Below, in pieces: positions 1 through 10,978 of a stretch of DNA of 64,000 bases. Each line of letters starts with the position of its first letter. Positions within the stretch are counted from its first letter, which is position 1. Under the pieces are notes generated by a model. It was not told the origin of the DNA, ran no database searches, and saw only the letters and a program-made list of their open reading frames with translations. Source of the stretch: Podospora anserina (Eukaryota); NCBI GenBank assembly GCA_017654855.1, contig CM030338.1, positions 1,178,001 to 1,242,000 of the forward strand, read 5' to 3'. The position numbers and the translations under genes were made by a program.

Positions 1-2
1 GA

Positions 3-629
3 AACAAGAGTCACGGCGACCACATCGACTCCGCCATCCGCACCCGTCTCCCGGATTCTGCCTCTCCCAAGCCCAGGGCAAATTCCGAGGGGGTCTCCAT
101 CCCGACTCCTACACGCCCCCCTCCCCCTCCACCGGTAGAAGCACAGCTCAGGTCCTCTGTTGGCACTATGGATACGGACAAGACCCCAAAGAAGGTGGTC
201 AGTCCTAGTTTTAGGCGTTTGATGGAGAGGGAGCTTTCTTCTGGTGGTCCAAGTCTGACTCTAGCTGGTCCATCGAGTGCGGGTCCTTCTTCAGCTGGCG
301 CAAGAGGGGCAAGGGGTACCGTGATCAAGGATCCGTCTGGGAGGATCTTTGATATCGAGTTTATGAGGAAAAAATGGCAGGATGCCGCGGTTGCGGAGAC
401 GAAACAAGCTGCTGCTGGGGTGGAGAAGACGTTGATGGGGATCAGTGAGACATTGAAGAGCATTCGACTGGACCATGCTGATGAAAAGGACGAGAAGGTC
501 AAGGTTCAGAAGGCTGATAAAGGCGAGGAGGAGGAGAAGAAGAAGAAAGATGATGGAGACGGTAAAGACGATGAGAAGAAATTACAAGGCCCCAAGGAGA
601 AAGATGGTGGTGGTGATGCCACGGCATAG
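3..629 (+). CDS. 3' end of a hypothetical protein (5'-truncated by window edge); Pro/Ser-rich then Lys/Asp/Glu-rich C-terminus
   Basis: Frame is open from nt 3 (NKSHGDHIDSAIRTRLP...) into ORF 168..629, stop TAG; no recognisable domain. Confidence 0.55.
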   Translation, partial: NKSHGDHIDSAIRTRLPDSASPKPRANSEGVSIPTPTRPPPPPPVEAQLRSSVGTMDTDKTPKKVVSPSFRRLMERELSSGGPSLTLAGPSSAGPSSAGARGARGTVIKDPSGRIFDIEFMRKKWQDAAVAETKQAAAGVEKTLMGISETLKSIRLDHADEKDEKVKVQKADKGEEEEKKKKDDGDGKDDEKKLQGPKEKDGGGDATA

Positions 630-999
630 GAAGGGTTAGGGTTGGAATCTGGCAGACAAAAAAAAAAGAGCGCTGAAAATAGACTTTTGATTTGACATGA
701 CCGATTTTCCACCTCGACTCCATGTGGAACTCTGACGTGATGAGCTAATGGAAATGGCTGAGAGTGACGCCAAGTTACCAAACTTCCATATCTTCAGGTT
801 GACTCTAGAGTCCAAAACGAGGCGTTGCCATCACCAGTTATCTGAGCAATATAAAAGTGACTCAATGCAGGGCACGAGACTAGGGCTCGTAAAACTTTGG
901 TATCTATGCACAACTACGCATATGCCGCCCTCCCCAATGCAGAAAGCCAAAGCCAGACCAACCAGCCCACAACTCCATGCCGCAAAAGAACAACAAAAA

Positions 1000-2678
1000 T
1001 TAGAATCGGCTGATACCCCGTCCAAAGATCCAGGAGATTACCCAGTAAATCGGCACGAGCAACTTATTCCTCCACGACATCGCCTTGGTGAGATAGGCTC
1101 CCCTCCAAAGGACCCATGCCACCCACCCCTTGAGCTCATCGGCCTTGCTCTGGTGAATGGCCTTCCACCCACCCAGATACGTCATCGTCCCCCAATTCCT
1201 GAACTTGAACTCCTTCCCGTCCTGACCTGGTGAAATCCCCTTGTTCAGCTCCTTAGCCAGATACTGCGCCTCCTGAGCAGCAACCTGCGCCGTCTTTGGG
1301 AGGGGGTCATGCTCGATAAAACTGCAATCTCCAATGACGTACACCCCATCCAACGGCTTCTTCTCCAACTCATTTCCTTCCTCAGGCTTAGCATCAGCAT
1401 CCACGCTCAAAGCCCTCATATACCCATCCACCACCAACCCCCCACTCCTCTTGTCCCTAACCAACCTCCTCCTCTCCAGCACCTCCCCCGTCATCGGATT
1501 CTTACTCTTACTCACCACCACCTCCTTCTCAGCCAACTTTGCAATCAGAGGATTAGCCATCAACCCCGTACTCCAAACCACCATCCCGGCCCCAACCTCC
1601 CCCCCATTCTCCTCGACTTCCCTAATCTTGATCCGCACCGCCCCGTGCCGTCTCCCCAACTTCCCATCCGCAAGCCTGATCCTTTCCAGATGGTGCTCCG
1701 TCTTGACCTCGATCCCCTGCCTGGCAAAATGCCCCATCGCATAATCCGCCAAAGCCTTGTCAAACATCGGCAGCACCTTTGGCGCGACATCATAAACCGT
1801 GATTTTGACAAAGCGCATCAGCTCGGGGTACATCTTTCCCAAATCGTCACGGATAAAATCGTGGAGCTCAGCCGCCCATTCGATCCCCGTCGGACCGCCG
1901 CCCACAACGGCAAAGTGCAACAAAGCCCTCTTGTCATCATCGGTAAGAACATGCCCGTTGCTGTTGGGGCTGCTGCTGCTGGGGTAAGAGCACTGCTCAA
2001 ACAGGCTCAACACCCGTAGCCTCACCCTCCTAGCATCACCAATATCCCTCAGGAAATGGGCATGCTCCCTTACCCCCTCAATCCCAAACGTCTGGCTGTA
2101 GGCTCCGCACGCAATGATCAGCTTGTCGTACTGGACCTCGATAACCTCTCCCTTGTCCCGGAGCGGGATTTGCCCTCCGGGGGGTGGGACGACAGTTTTG
2201 GAGGCGGCTTCCTCGGCGGCGTTGGTCTCGACGGTGATAGTCTTGCGGGAGAAGTCAATCTCGTCTGCCCAGCCTTGGTAGAAGTTGATGTTGCCGCCGG
2301 GGAGGCGGCGGACGGGCTCGAGGATGGTGCGGAACTCGAGGGTGCCGACCGAGGTGGAGGCGAGGAGGGGGGTGAAGACGAAGTAGGGGCGGGGGGAGAT
2401 TATGATGCGGTCGTATTTGGTGGGGGAGAGGGTGCGGGCTAGGGAGTAGCCTGCCCAGCCGGAGCCGAGGATGATTACCTTTTCTTTGGTGGGGGGGCCT
2501 GAGGGGGGTGTTAAGAGATTGTGAGGGAGGGGGAAAAAGGGGGGGGCTGACCTTTCTTGAAGCTAAAGTTCCGGGAGGAGACTAAAGAGGCGGGAGCTAG
2601 AGAGGTTGAGAGGGAGAGTTGACGGGGTGAGGAGCCGGTCAGCCCACGTGGGAGGGACCGGGTGAGGGAAGAGGGCAT
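1000..2678 (-). CDS. Type II (alternative) NAD(P)H:ubiquinone oxidoreductase, NDE/NDI-like; exons 2678-2552 and 2498-1000
   Basis: Ser/Arg-rich presequence-like N-terminus MPSSLTRSLPRG; intron 2551-2499 (GTCAGC...CAG); motifs KVIILGSGWAG, YDKLIIACGA, VVGGGPTGIE, VIGDC, LPKTAQVAAQEA, C-terminal FGRGISRF. Confidence 0.9.
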
Positions 2679-5369
2679 CTGAGTTGGTGATGTGTGGTGA
2701 AGTCGCAATATGAAGCAGCTTGTTTGTATAAGGTGGGTAGCACGAGGAAGGTTGAGGTAAGTCGAGAATGTATCAAACCAACTCTGGTTTGCTTGCCACC
2801 AGCGTATCGAAGAAAAAGAAACAACTCAAAAAGATGACACGACAGCTAAAGCTAGCAAGAACGACAAGCAAGAGCAAGTAAGAACAGACAAGACGTCATG
2901 GAACGAAGAAAAAGTAGGGGTCCATCTTCAAGCTTATAAGAGCTTGCTGTCAGTCAGCACGCGAGTACCGGGAGAGAAAAACTTTCTATTCCTGGCTGGC
3001 CTCCATCGGGATTGTCTAACTAACCCCTGGGGGACCCTGATGAATCACAGGTCGATTTTTTCCCCCCCTCTGTTCTTCACGTTTCAAAAGAGTCATTGTT
3101 TCCCATATCCGGATACCGCGGCGGAGTGCGGGTCTACCCGTTGCAGCAGCAGGGCGAGCTCTGCGAACTTGACAGGTGCGCCGCCGCCGCCGCCACATTG
3201 TCGGGTCTGCTGGGAACCCCGTTGAGAGAAAGGGTCCAACAGAAGAAGCGCGGAAGAAGTCGTTGATGTCAAAAAGACGTCACGTCAATGGTCCGGAATC
3301 GGATTGGGGGGCACTGCTGAGAATATGTCTCCCGGGCTTTTCCGTCGCGAGCCCCGCGGGATACGAATAGTATGCAGTACGCAGGAAGACCGAAGACCCG
3401 AGGTTCTCCTCCTGCTGGTCTCGGTATTCTCGCAAAACAGGGCTTCCAGTATGAAAAAGAGAAGAGTCATGAAATGGGTGGGAAACGAAGGTGTCATTTC
3501 AAAAATTATGTGATATTATCCACAGAGGACGGGATCGGCGCCATCTGAATTTGTTGGAAGTGCCCCTCTTCTTCGGTACATAGTGTACAGCAAGGCTGCT
3601 TTAGCGGCGATGGTGGGGGTTTCGGGAATGTGCCAAGATGAGCCTCTGCCGGGAACCATACAGGTACGCTAGATTTCTCACCATCAAGGGGAAGCTGTCG
3701 ACACGGATGATGGGTCCGGCACGCCCGGTCTCTTTGCGCAAAATTGCGGCTCTCTACGGAGTGTTCATCTTTGGCTTATCCGGTATGATCGGGATGGAGG
3801 CGTTGAGCGGTGTATATCTACTGGAGAGTGTCCCTGTCAGCATCTCTCGGTCCGGGCGAGTGTAAGACCTCAACAACTTGTGCTGGCTGAGAGGGTTGGG
3901 GAACTCCGATTCGGAGAAATATGGACAGTCCACGAGCTCAACGGCACAAAAGGGAGGGATTTCCTTGTGGGATTCAGCTTGCTGGCAGCTGAAGAGAGGA
4001 TAGCCGAGCGTGAACCGATGGTTTTCCTTTTCCACCCATCTTCAACACCACATGCTTGGAGGAAGTCGACGAGATGTGGCTTGTGAGTCAATCCTCTGGA
4101 TATCTCTCGGGAAACACCTTCTCCTCACATGTTTGGGAGGGAGAGCTGATACCTCACATGTCAAATCTGGGGCTATCAACATGTGGCCTGGAGGGTTGCT
4201 GGAAGATCGAATCAAGAGCCGCCATCCCTCGAGTCCAGGGGCCAATGGTTTTTCTTAAATATCATGGACTCGAAGGGTTCCCGAGACAAAACACCAAAGA
4301 GCCTCCCTGCAGTCCCAAGTGTTATCAGAGCAGCGGTGACCCTGGACAAAATAACCGGTACTGTAAGTCGGTAAAACATATAATATCTGTTAACTTGCAC
4401 CCTTTTTAATAGATAATAGGCCTATTAGCTATCGTATAAGGCCTATTGACCACTTATTTTGCAGTGCCGGTTGTTTTTGTCCACGACGTGCCCGCAAGTA
4501 TCCGCCTGTGGTCATAAATATTGCGTGCTTAGGCCGAGATTACCAAGTTACCCGAGGTGAGCGAGGCAAGGGAAACATACAGAAAGCAACATCAGACTGC
4601 TGCCATCCTGTTGCCCGGTGAGAAGAGACGCAGCCATCGTGGGAAAATACTCCCGTGCCGCTTGTTTGAGATGCAGGTGTCCAAAAGGTCAACAACCAAG
4701 GAAGAGCAATCGCAGGAATCACTTCCTTGATTGGAGGGCTGAGCCAGCTCTTGGCAGCAAAGACAGGGGGTCGGCCTGGCCTGAAGCAACTGTGGGGTTT
4801 CACGAGCAAGGGCAATATCAGGATGTTACCCCAGCAACACCACTTCTGGACGAACGAGGGGTCACAGCTCGTGTTTACTGCTGGTTGACCAATCACGACA
4901 CCAGTCGCGGGACCGCCAGCCCAACCGAGAGCGACTTCCTTAAACACAACACCACAACGCACAAACCACATTCCCAAGACGGCGCGCCTGTTGTTCTCCG
5001 TCGTCTCCGTTGTCATCATCCCTCTCGCCGACTCCCCTTCTTTCGCCGCCAGCACCGGCATTCCAGTAATATATTGATTTTGTACCATTGCCCATTTGGC
5101 TCGGTAATACAGTTGTTACTTGGCCGTCCAGCAGCTATCTATCGCATTCGAGTTCGAGACACGACGCCCGCCTGCGTCTGCGACTGCGACAATCAAACCG
5201 CGTCTTTTTTTTTTTTTGCGACTGCGACGCCCGCTTTCTTCTTTTTCTGCCACTTTCTCGGCGCATTCTTCACAGCATCGCCAGCTGCTCGGTGATGCCC
5301 TCACCGCCTTTTTAGCGGCCTTCTCTTCAACATCACAGGCAAGCAAAAAGATAGCAATTCCACACATTG

Positions 5370-8300
5370 ATGAGCAAAATGGAGCAAGAGGACCCTGTAT
5401 GTCGCTGCTAGGGCACCAGCTTATATGGGCAACAGCAAACTAACAACAATGCGCCCGTTCAGGTACAGCCATTGCGCCTCTCCAAGGGGAGCAACGGCAG
5501 CGCGCCATCTCCTCAGTCGACTCGACCCAGCGGAATCCCTCGTCCGCTTTCCGAGATCTCACCCCACGAGAGACGTAGAAACTCTCCCAGCTGGAACCAG
5601 GCGACCCAGGTAAGACATCCGCATTGCTTGAGACCCTGCCGAGGATTGCGGCTGATGTGTGGTGGGTTCTGTGTAGAAACCAGCGACAATGACGGATTCT
5701 TCGCCATTCCAGTCGTCGCCCCTGGAGAACGTCACATCGCCCCGTCTCTTCTGGCAGAACCGCAGCTTCAACTCGGACGAGCGCACTGGCTCACCCACCC
5801 GCCGCTCATCCATCGAACGATTGCAAAAGGCTTCCCGCGTCAAGAACAGCAATCTCCGGGCCCTGGAGCAGAAGGAGGAGTACGACCCGGCCAAAATCCC
5901 CGATATCCAACGCCCTCTCTCTAAGATTCAGGGGAACAACTTTGGCGGCGGCGGCGTCAATGGTTTTCAGGGACGACCACTATTTGGCCACGGCAAGAGC
6001 CAGAGCACCACCAGCATCCCTATCCTGAACCCGCCCTCCCTGACGAAAGCAGCAACGATGCCGATTTCCACCTCGCCCATCCGGCCGACAACGCCCAGCA
6101 AGGAGTCCGGATCACCGCTGAAATCCTCTCTCTCGTCAAATCGATTCAAGAGCAGCTTTGATCACGAGACAGGAACGTGGTCCGATATATCTGGAGACGA
6201 GCGTCGTCTGCCCGAGGGCAAGTCGCTGCACCGCCATGCAAAGAGCGTCACTTTCGATCAAGCGCCTCCTCAAGTCAACGAGTACGAGATGGCCACCCCC
6301 GCTCCTTCTTCGATCGGCAGCAACTCGAGGGAGGGCAGCTATGATTCCACCGACGAGGACGATGACGATGACCATTACATGATTCACAACATGGACCAAG
6401 ACGACAGCTTTGACGCGTCACTGGAGGATACCGACAAGACGCCTGTGGTGGGTCCCGATGACTGGAGGCACAACAATCACGAGGATCCGTTTGACAGAAG
6501 CCCAATGCCGGATGATCTGCCGCCCGTTCCTAGACCCCATCATCAGCGCACTGATTCATCGGCCTCCAATGGGGAAAGCCGCCCGCTGCCACCTCTCCCT
6601 GGCATGGACGGGACTTCAAGAAGCCTCCCTTCTCCTCCCTCCGCTTCCAAGTTGGAGGCTCAGGGTCTTGGTAACAGCAGGATGCCTCTGGAGGAGCGGT
6701 TGAAGCTTATGATGCTTTCTGACGATGGCAAGTCTGCGGCCGAGCAGCAACGTGAGCGTCGCATGCGCCGTGCTGGTGCCCGTGGTAGCCAGACACCCGA
6801 TCACGAGTCTAAGAGCCCCGTTGTTCAGCCACAGGAAGACGAAGAGGAGCTTGACACTGTCGGCGAGCTTTCGGGTCTCGACGAGTACCAGCTGCCTCCG
6901 CGCATTTCTCGCGAGTCCATCCTCCGACGTGTTAATGGCAACAAGGCGCTGGACCGCGAGTCCGACTACAACTTTTCATCACCCGCCGTGGGCATGTCTC
7001 CCGACCGCCAAGTTTACGACCCCGACGTTCCCATTCCCAGCACCGAGGACAATGTTTCTGTTCTCGGCGACGAGCCAGTCTCTGTTTTGGATGATGAGTC
7101 GGATTACGACTCGGATCAAGGAAGCGTCATCATCAAGCGCGATCCTGCTGATCAGGAGTCTGACCTGTACTCGATTCCCGACACGTACGAACGGTCCGAG
7201 GTCACTGACGACTATTCTTCCGACTATGATAGCGACAGTCGGTTTGATGAGGAAAGCCAGTACTCCGAGGGGACGGACCTGCATGTGACCAAGTCATCAC
7301 AGACTCAGGAGGATGATCAGGTTCCTACCCCCAGGGCAACTACTCCGGTGGATGAGCCCACTCCTCTGGTTCAAGAAGCCGAGAAGGCGCTCCCCGAGGC
7401 GCCCAAGGAAAACCGCCTGTCTAGGGGGTTGGAGGCTTCCTTGTTGCCCAAGCCTGAAGAGAAGGAGGCTGTTCCTGGGCCGGAGAAGGCTTCGCAACCC
7501 GAGCCCCTGCCACAGCCTGAGAAGAGGCCTCTTACCCCGGAGCTGCAGCTCAGACGATCTCTTACCAAGCCCGAGTACGACGGGACCGGGTGGGGAGAAG
7601 ATGAGTTTGAGGAGTCCGATCCGGGCACTCCGGAATCGGTCATCCACCGGCCCATGCCAGACAGCGATGACGAAGAAGCCAGAGCCTCACCGGCCATTCC
7701 CGAGCAGATCGCGACCATCAAGTCCGCCTCTGGCTCCAAGCTCAAGACCAGGCCTTCTGCCACACCAGCTGACCTGGCCACCATGCGCGAGGCGCGCAGG
7801 CAAGTCAGTCGGGAGGTTCCCCCCATCCCCGACCGCCACAGGAACAGGCTCTCTGTCAACATGGACAACGAGCTGGCACCCCCCGCCGAGGACGACTACA
7901 TGGACCGTCACCCGAGCTTTAAGAAGCGGAGCCTGACACTGGATCTCGACCTTGGCCTTAGCCTAGACAAGGACTTTGACCGGGTGATCGAAGCACAAAA
8001 GGTTGCGTCTGACCAGCTTTCCTTGATTCCCCCCTTTGATTTTTCTGCTGTTCACACTCCGAGCTTGGCGGAGGCGTTTTCTCCTGACAAGGAGGAGTTT
8101 TCTTTTGATCCTTCAGAAACTACTACTACGAATATTGGTGACGGTGATGCTAACAATAATACTCCACGAAAACAGCGCGGGTACCTCATGCGGCAGAACA
8201 CAAAGGTCATCACTGCCAGTGATAAGATGACGGAGGACTTTAGGGCTCGGTCGGCGGGGAATAGCCCGACCAAGGTGGCGCAGAGGCCGCAGAGCTGGAC

Positions 8301-9867
8301 GGTGGAGCCGTGGAACAGCCAGCCGGCTAGGAAGAGGAGCTTCAAGAAGAAGCCGAGTAACTTGGGCGCTTCCGGGCCCGTTCCCCCGCTGCCTGGGCAG
8401 GAGAGTAATGCTGCTGCTGTCGCGACGCAGAGCGGGAACGACGAGGATGTGGGTGCGGAGCTGAGCCCCGGGGATGAAAATGGGGAGAGGGGAAGGCTCT
8501 TTGTTAAAGTGATGGGGGTCAAGGATCTGGATTTGCCTATTCCTAAGAGTATGTTTCTTTTACTATCTTGGGCTGAACGAGTTGATGGCTAACGCGAGAC
8601 AGATGAGCGAACCTGGTTCAGTCTCACGCTCGACAACGGAGTCCACTGCGTGACGACGGCCTGGCTGGAACTGGCCCGCAACGCGCCCATCGGGCAAGAA
8701 TTCGAATTGGTTGTCCCCAATGACTTGGAGTTCCAGCTGACGTTGAACGTCAAGCTGGAGAAACCGGTCGAGAAGCCCGTGGCCAAGGCGCTGCCGTCGC
8801 CTACTAAGCTCAGCAAACCCAAGACGTCGGCCTTTTCCAGGGTGTTTGCCTCGCCCAAGAAGAGGAAGGAGATGGAGCTCCGGCAAAGGCAGGCAGAGGA
8901 GGAAGAGAGGCTTGCCGCTCAGCGGGAGGCGCAGGCGAGACAGATGAAGAGCCAGCCTACGGCATGGGACTTGCTGAGCCCGCTGGCGGCGGACGATGGC
9001 TCTTTTGCCAGGGCGTACGTCTGCCTCAAGGACCACGAGAGCAAGTGTTTTGGCAGGCCCTATCTCGTCGACGTGGCGGCGTTCAACGAGTGGGCGATGG
9101 AGGACGCGGGTTTTGCGTCTAGTGTTAAGAGCAAGAGGGGGAACATGGGACCTGGCTCTGTCGTGAGGCGGGCGCCGTACAAGATTGGAAAGCTGGAGCT
9201 GCAGCTGTTGTTTGTACCGAGGCCCAAGGGGGCGACGGATGAGGACATGCCAAAATCTATGAACAGCTGTATCAGGGAGATGAAGGCTGCGGAGGAGAGG
9301 TTGGCGAGGTGCTGGGAGGGGCATCTCAGCCAGCAGGGCGGGGATTGTCCCTACTGGAGGAGGAGGTATTTCAAGCTTGTCGGGACAAAGTTGACGGCTT
9401 ACCACGAGGCTACGAGGCAGCCCAGGGCCACGATTAATTTGGCGAATGCCAAGAGGTTGATCGATGATCGGAGGACGCTGATGGAGAAGGAGACGCTTGG
9501 GAAGGGGGGCAAGAGGAGGAGGAGCGCGTTTGCGGAGGATGAGGAGGGGTACATGTTTGTGGAGGAGGGGTTCAGGATCAGGTTCAACAACGGGGAGTTG
9601 ATTGACTTTTATGCAGACACGGCCGAGGACAAGGAGGGGTGGATGAAGGTGCTTGGGGAGGTCGTGGGGAAGGAGGTGGTGCCCGGGGACGGGGTGGATG
9701 ATGTTGTTGGCTCTGTGGTGGCGGGAGGGGGGGGAGGGTCGAAGATGAAGGGGAAGTGGTGCGAGTTGGTGATGAAGAGGGAGGAGCAGCTGAAGCGGAA
9801 GGAGTCGGCTAGCCAGGGGGGTGGCGGGAGGAGGGTGCATTCTAGGACTAAGAGTGCTTTGACTTGA
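5370..9867 (+). CDS. BUD4: BUD4/anillin-like septation and bud-site protein with C-terminal PH domain; introns 5397-5462, 5610-5676, 8002-8175 (optional), 8549-8602
   Basis: Spliced VQPLRLSK N-terminus, HAKSVTFD motif, GRLFVKVMGVKDLDLP/WFSLTLDNG region, PH domain EGHLSQQGGDCPYWRRRYFKL; canonical splice signals. Start may be ATG 5370 or 5379. Confidence 0.88.
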
Positions 9868-10173
9868 GGTTTTCTATCCTGGGGTGTAGTTTTCTTTTTG
9901 CTCTTTCTGGTTTTGGCGCTGCCTTTTTTTTTCTTTTTTCTTTCACATCTGTGTATCACTTGCATTACTGGGAGCGCAAAGGGAGGGAAGGGAATTTCGG
10001 GATGGGCAGGCAGGCAGGGCATAAGAGAGGGAAGGAGTTGATTGGGGGAGGGAGTCAGTCAATCTGCATAGGGTAGTAGTTCTTGTTGGAGTAAGGTATA
10101 TTGGGGACTAAGAGGTGGTGGTTGGATGTTGGAACACACACATATGGGACGACTACGACAAAAGTCATCACAG

Positions 10174-10197
10174 CAACAACAACAACAACAACAACAA
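10174..10197 (+). repeat. (CAA)8 microsatellite
   Basis: Direct reading of sequence. Confidence 0.9.
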
Positions 10198-10473
10198 TGT
10201 TTCATTGCTTGCTTTTTTATTTTATTTGTTTTTGTTATTCCACTCTTGCCCTTGTCTTTTGCTACCTTACTGAGTAGTATTGGCACACCCAACACAAGAT
10301 GTCTACTTGTCTATTTTGTTGCTTTTCAGCCCTGTCGCGTTGGCTTTTTTGAGTTGTATATCCCTTTTTCGTTCTTAAGTGCAAGAAGAAAGAAAAAAGT
10401 TGAGTTGGGTGTAGGTGGTTGGAGATTATGTTTGGGGTTTTAGAGAGAGAGAGGGATGGGATAGGTTTCGTTG

Positions 10474-10494
10474 GTGTGTGTGTGTGTGTGTGTG
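10474..10494 (+). repeat. (GT)10 microsatellite
   Basis: Direct reading of sequence. Confidence 0.9.
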
Positions 10495-10884
10495 AAGAGA
10501 ACTTTGGTTTCTTGTGTATTGATTGTCGTTGTTGAATTTGAGAAGCTAGTTGTATTAAGTAGTATTTACCTACTTGTTGAATTTAAAATAGAAAAAGGTT
10601 TAACCTGCGGTTTTTTGTTACTGGGGATTTTGTGAAGGGTATTGGTTTGAAGTGCTACTGCAGATTTCCTTGGAATTGTCTGATGATGGGTTTTCGGGTT
10701 CTTCATCGTGTCATAGGGTTTATATCGCTGACATTCTGTAGCATGATAACCTGCTGTTGTTGTGGCTTCTTCATTCGACTCTTCCTTTTGCCTGTATCTC
10801 TTGACCTAGAGTCAGAGATATCTCGACCCTTTGCAAGCCTTGCAAAGTCCGCAGCGTCAACGAACAAGAATCTGTGTCACTGAT

Positions 10885-10978
10885 GGTGATGATGAAATGA
10901 CGATTTCGTGTCACCAGACCCTTTGGCATTTTCGTGATCCTTGTGTATAAAGTAGTTTCGACAACGTAACTGATCGCC
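10885..10978 (+). ncRNA. Candidate box C/D snoRNA-like element
   Basis: GGTGA-TGATGA ... CTGA-TCGCC: box C at 10889-10895, box D at 10970-10973, 5-bp terminal stem, 94 nt; no rRNA target identified. Confidence 0.25.

Noticed and set aside
628..645. GGGTTAGGGTT telomere-like or telomerase-template-like motif
   Set aside because: Only about 1.5 units right at a stop codon, with no array or supporting context
8563..9840. 425-aa minus-strand ORF
   Set aside because: Antisense shadow of the last BUD4 exon
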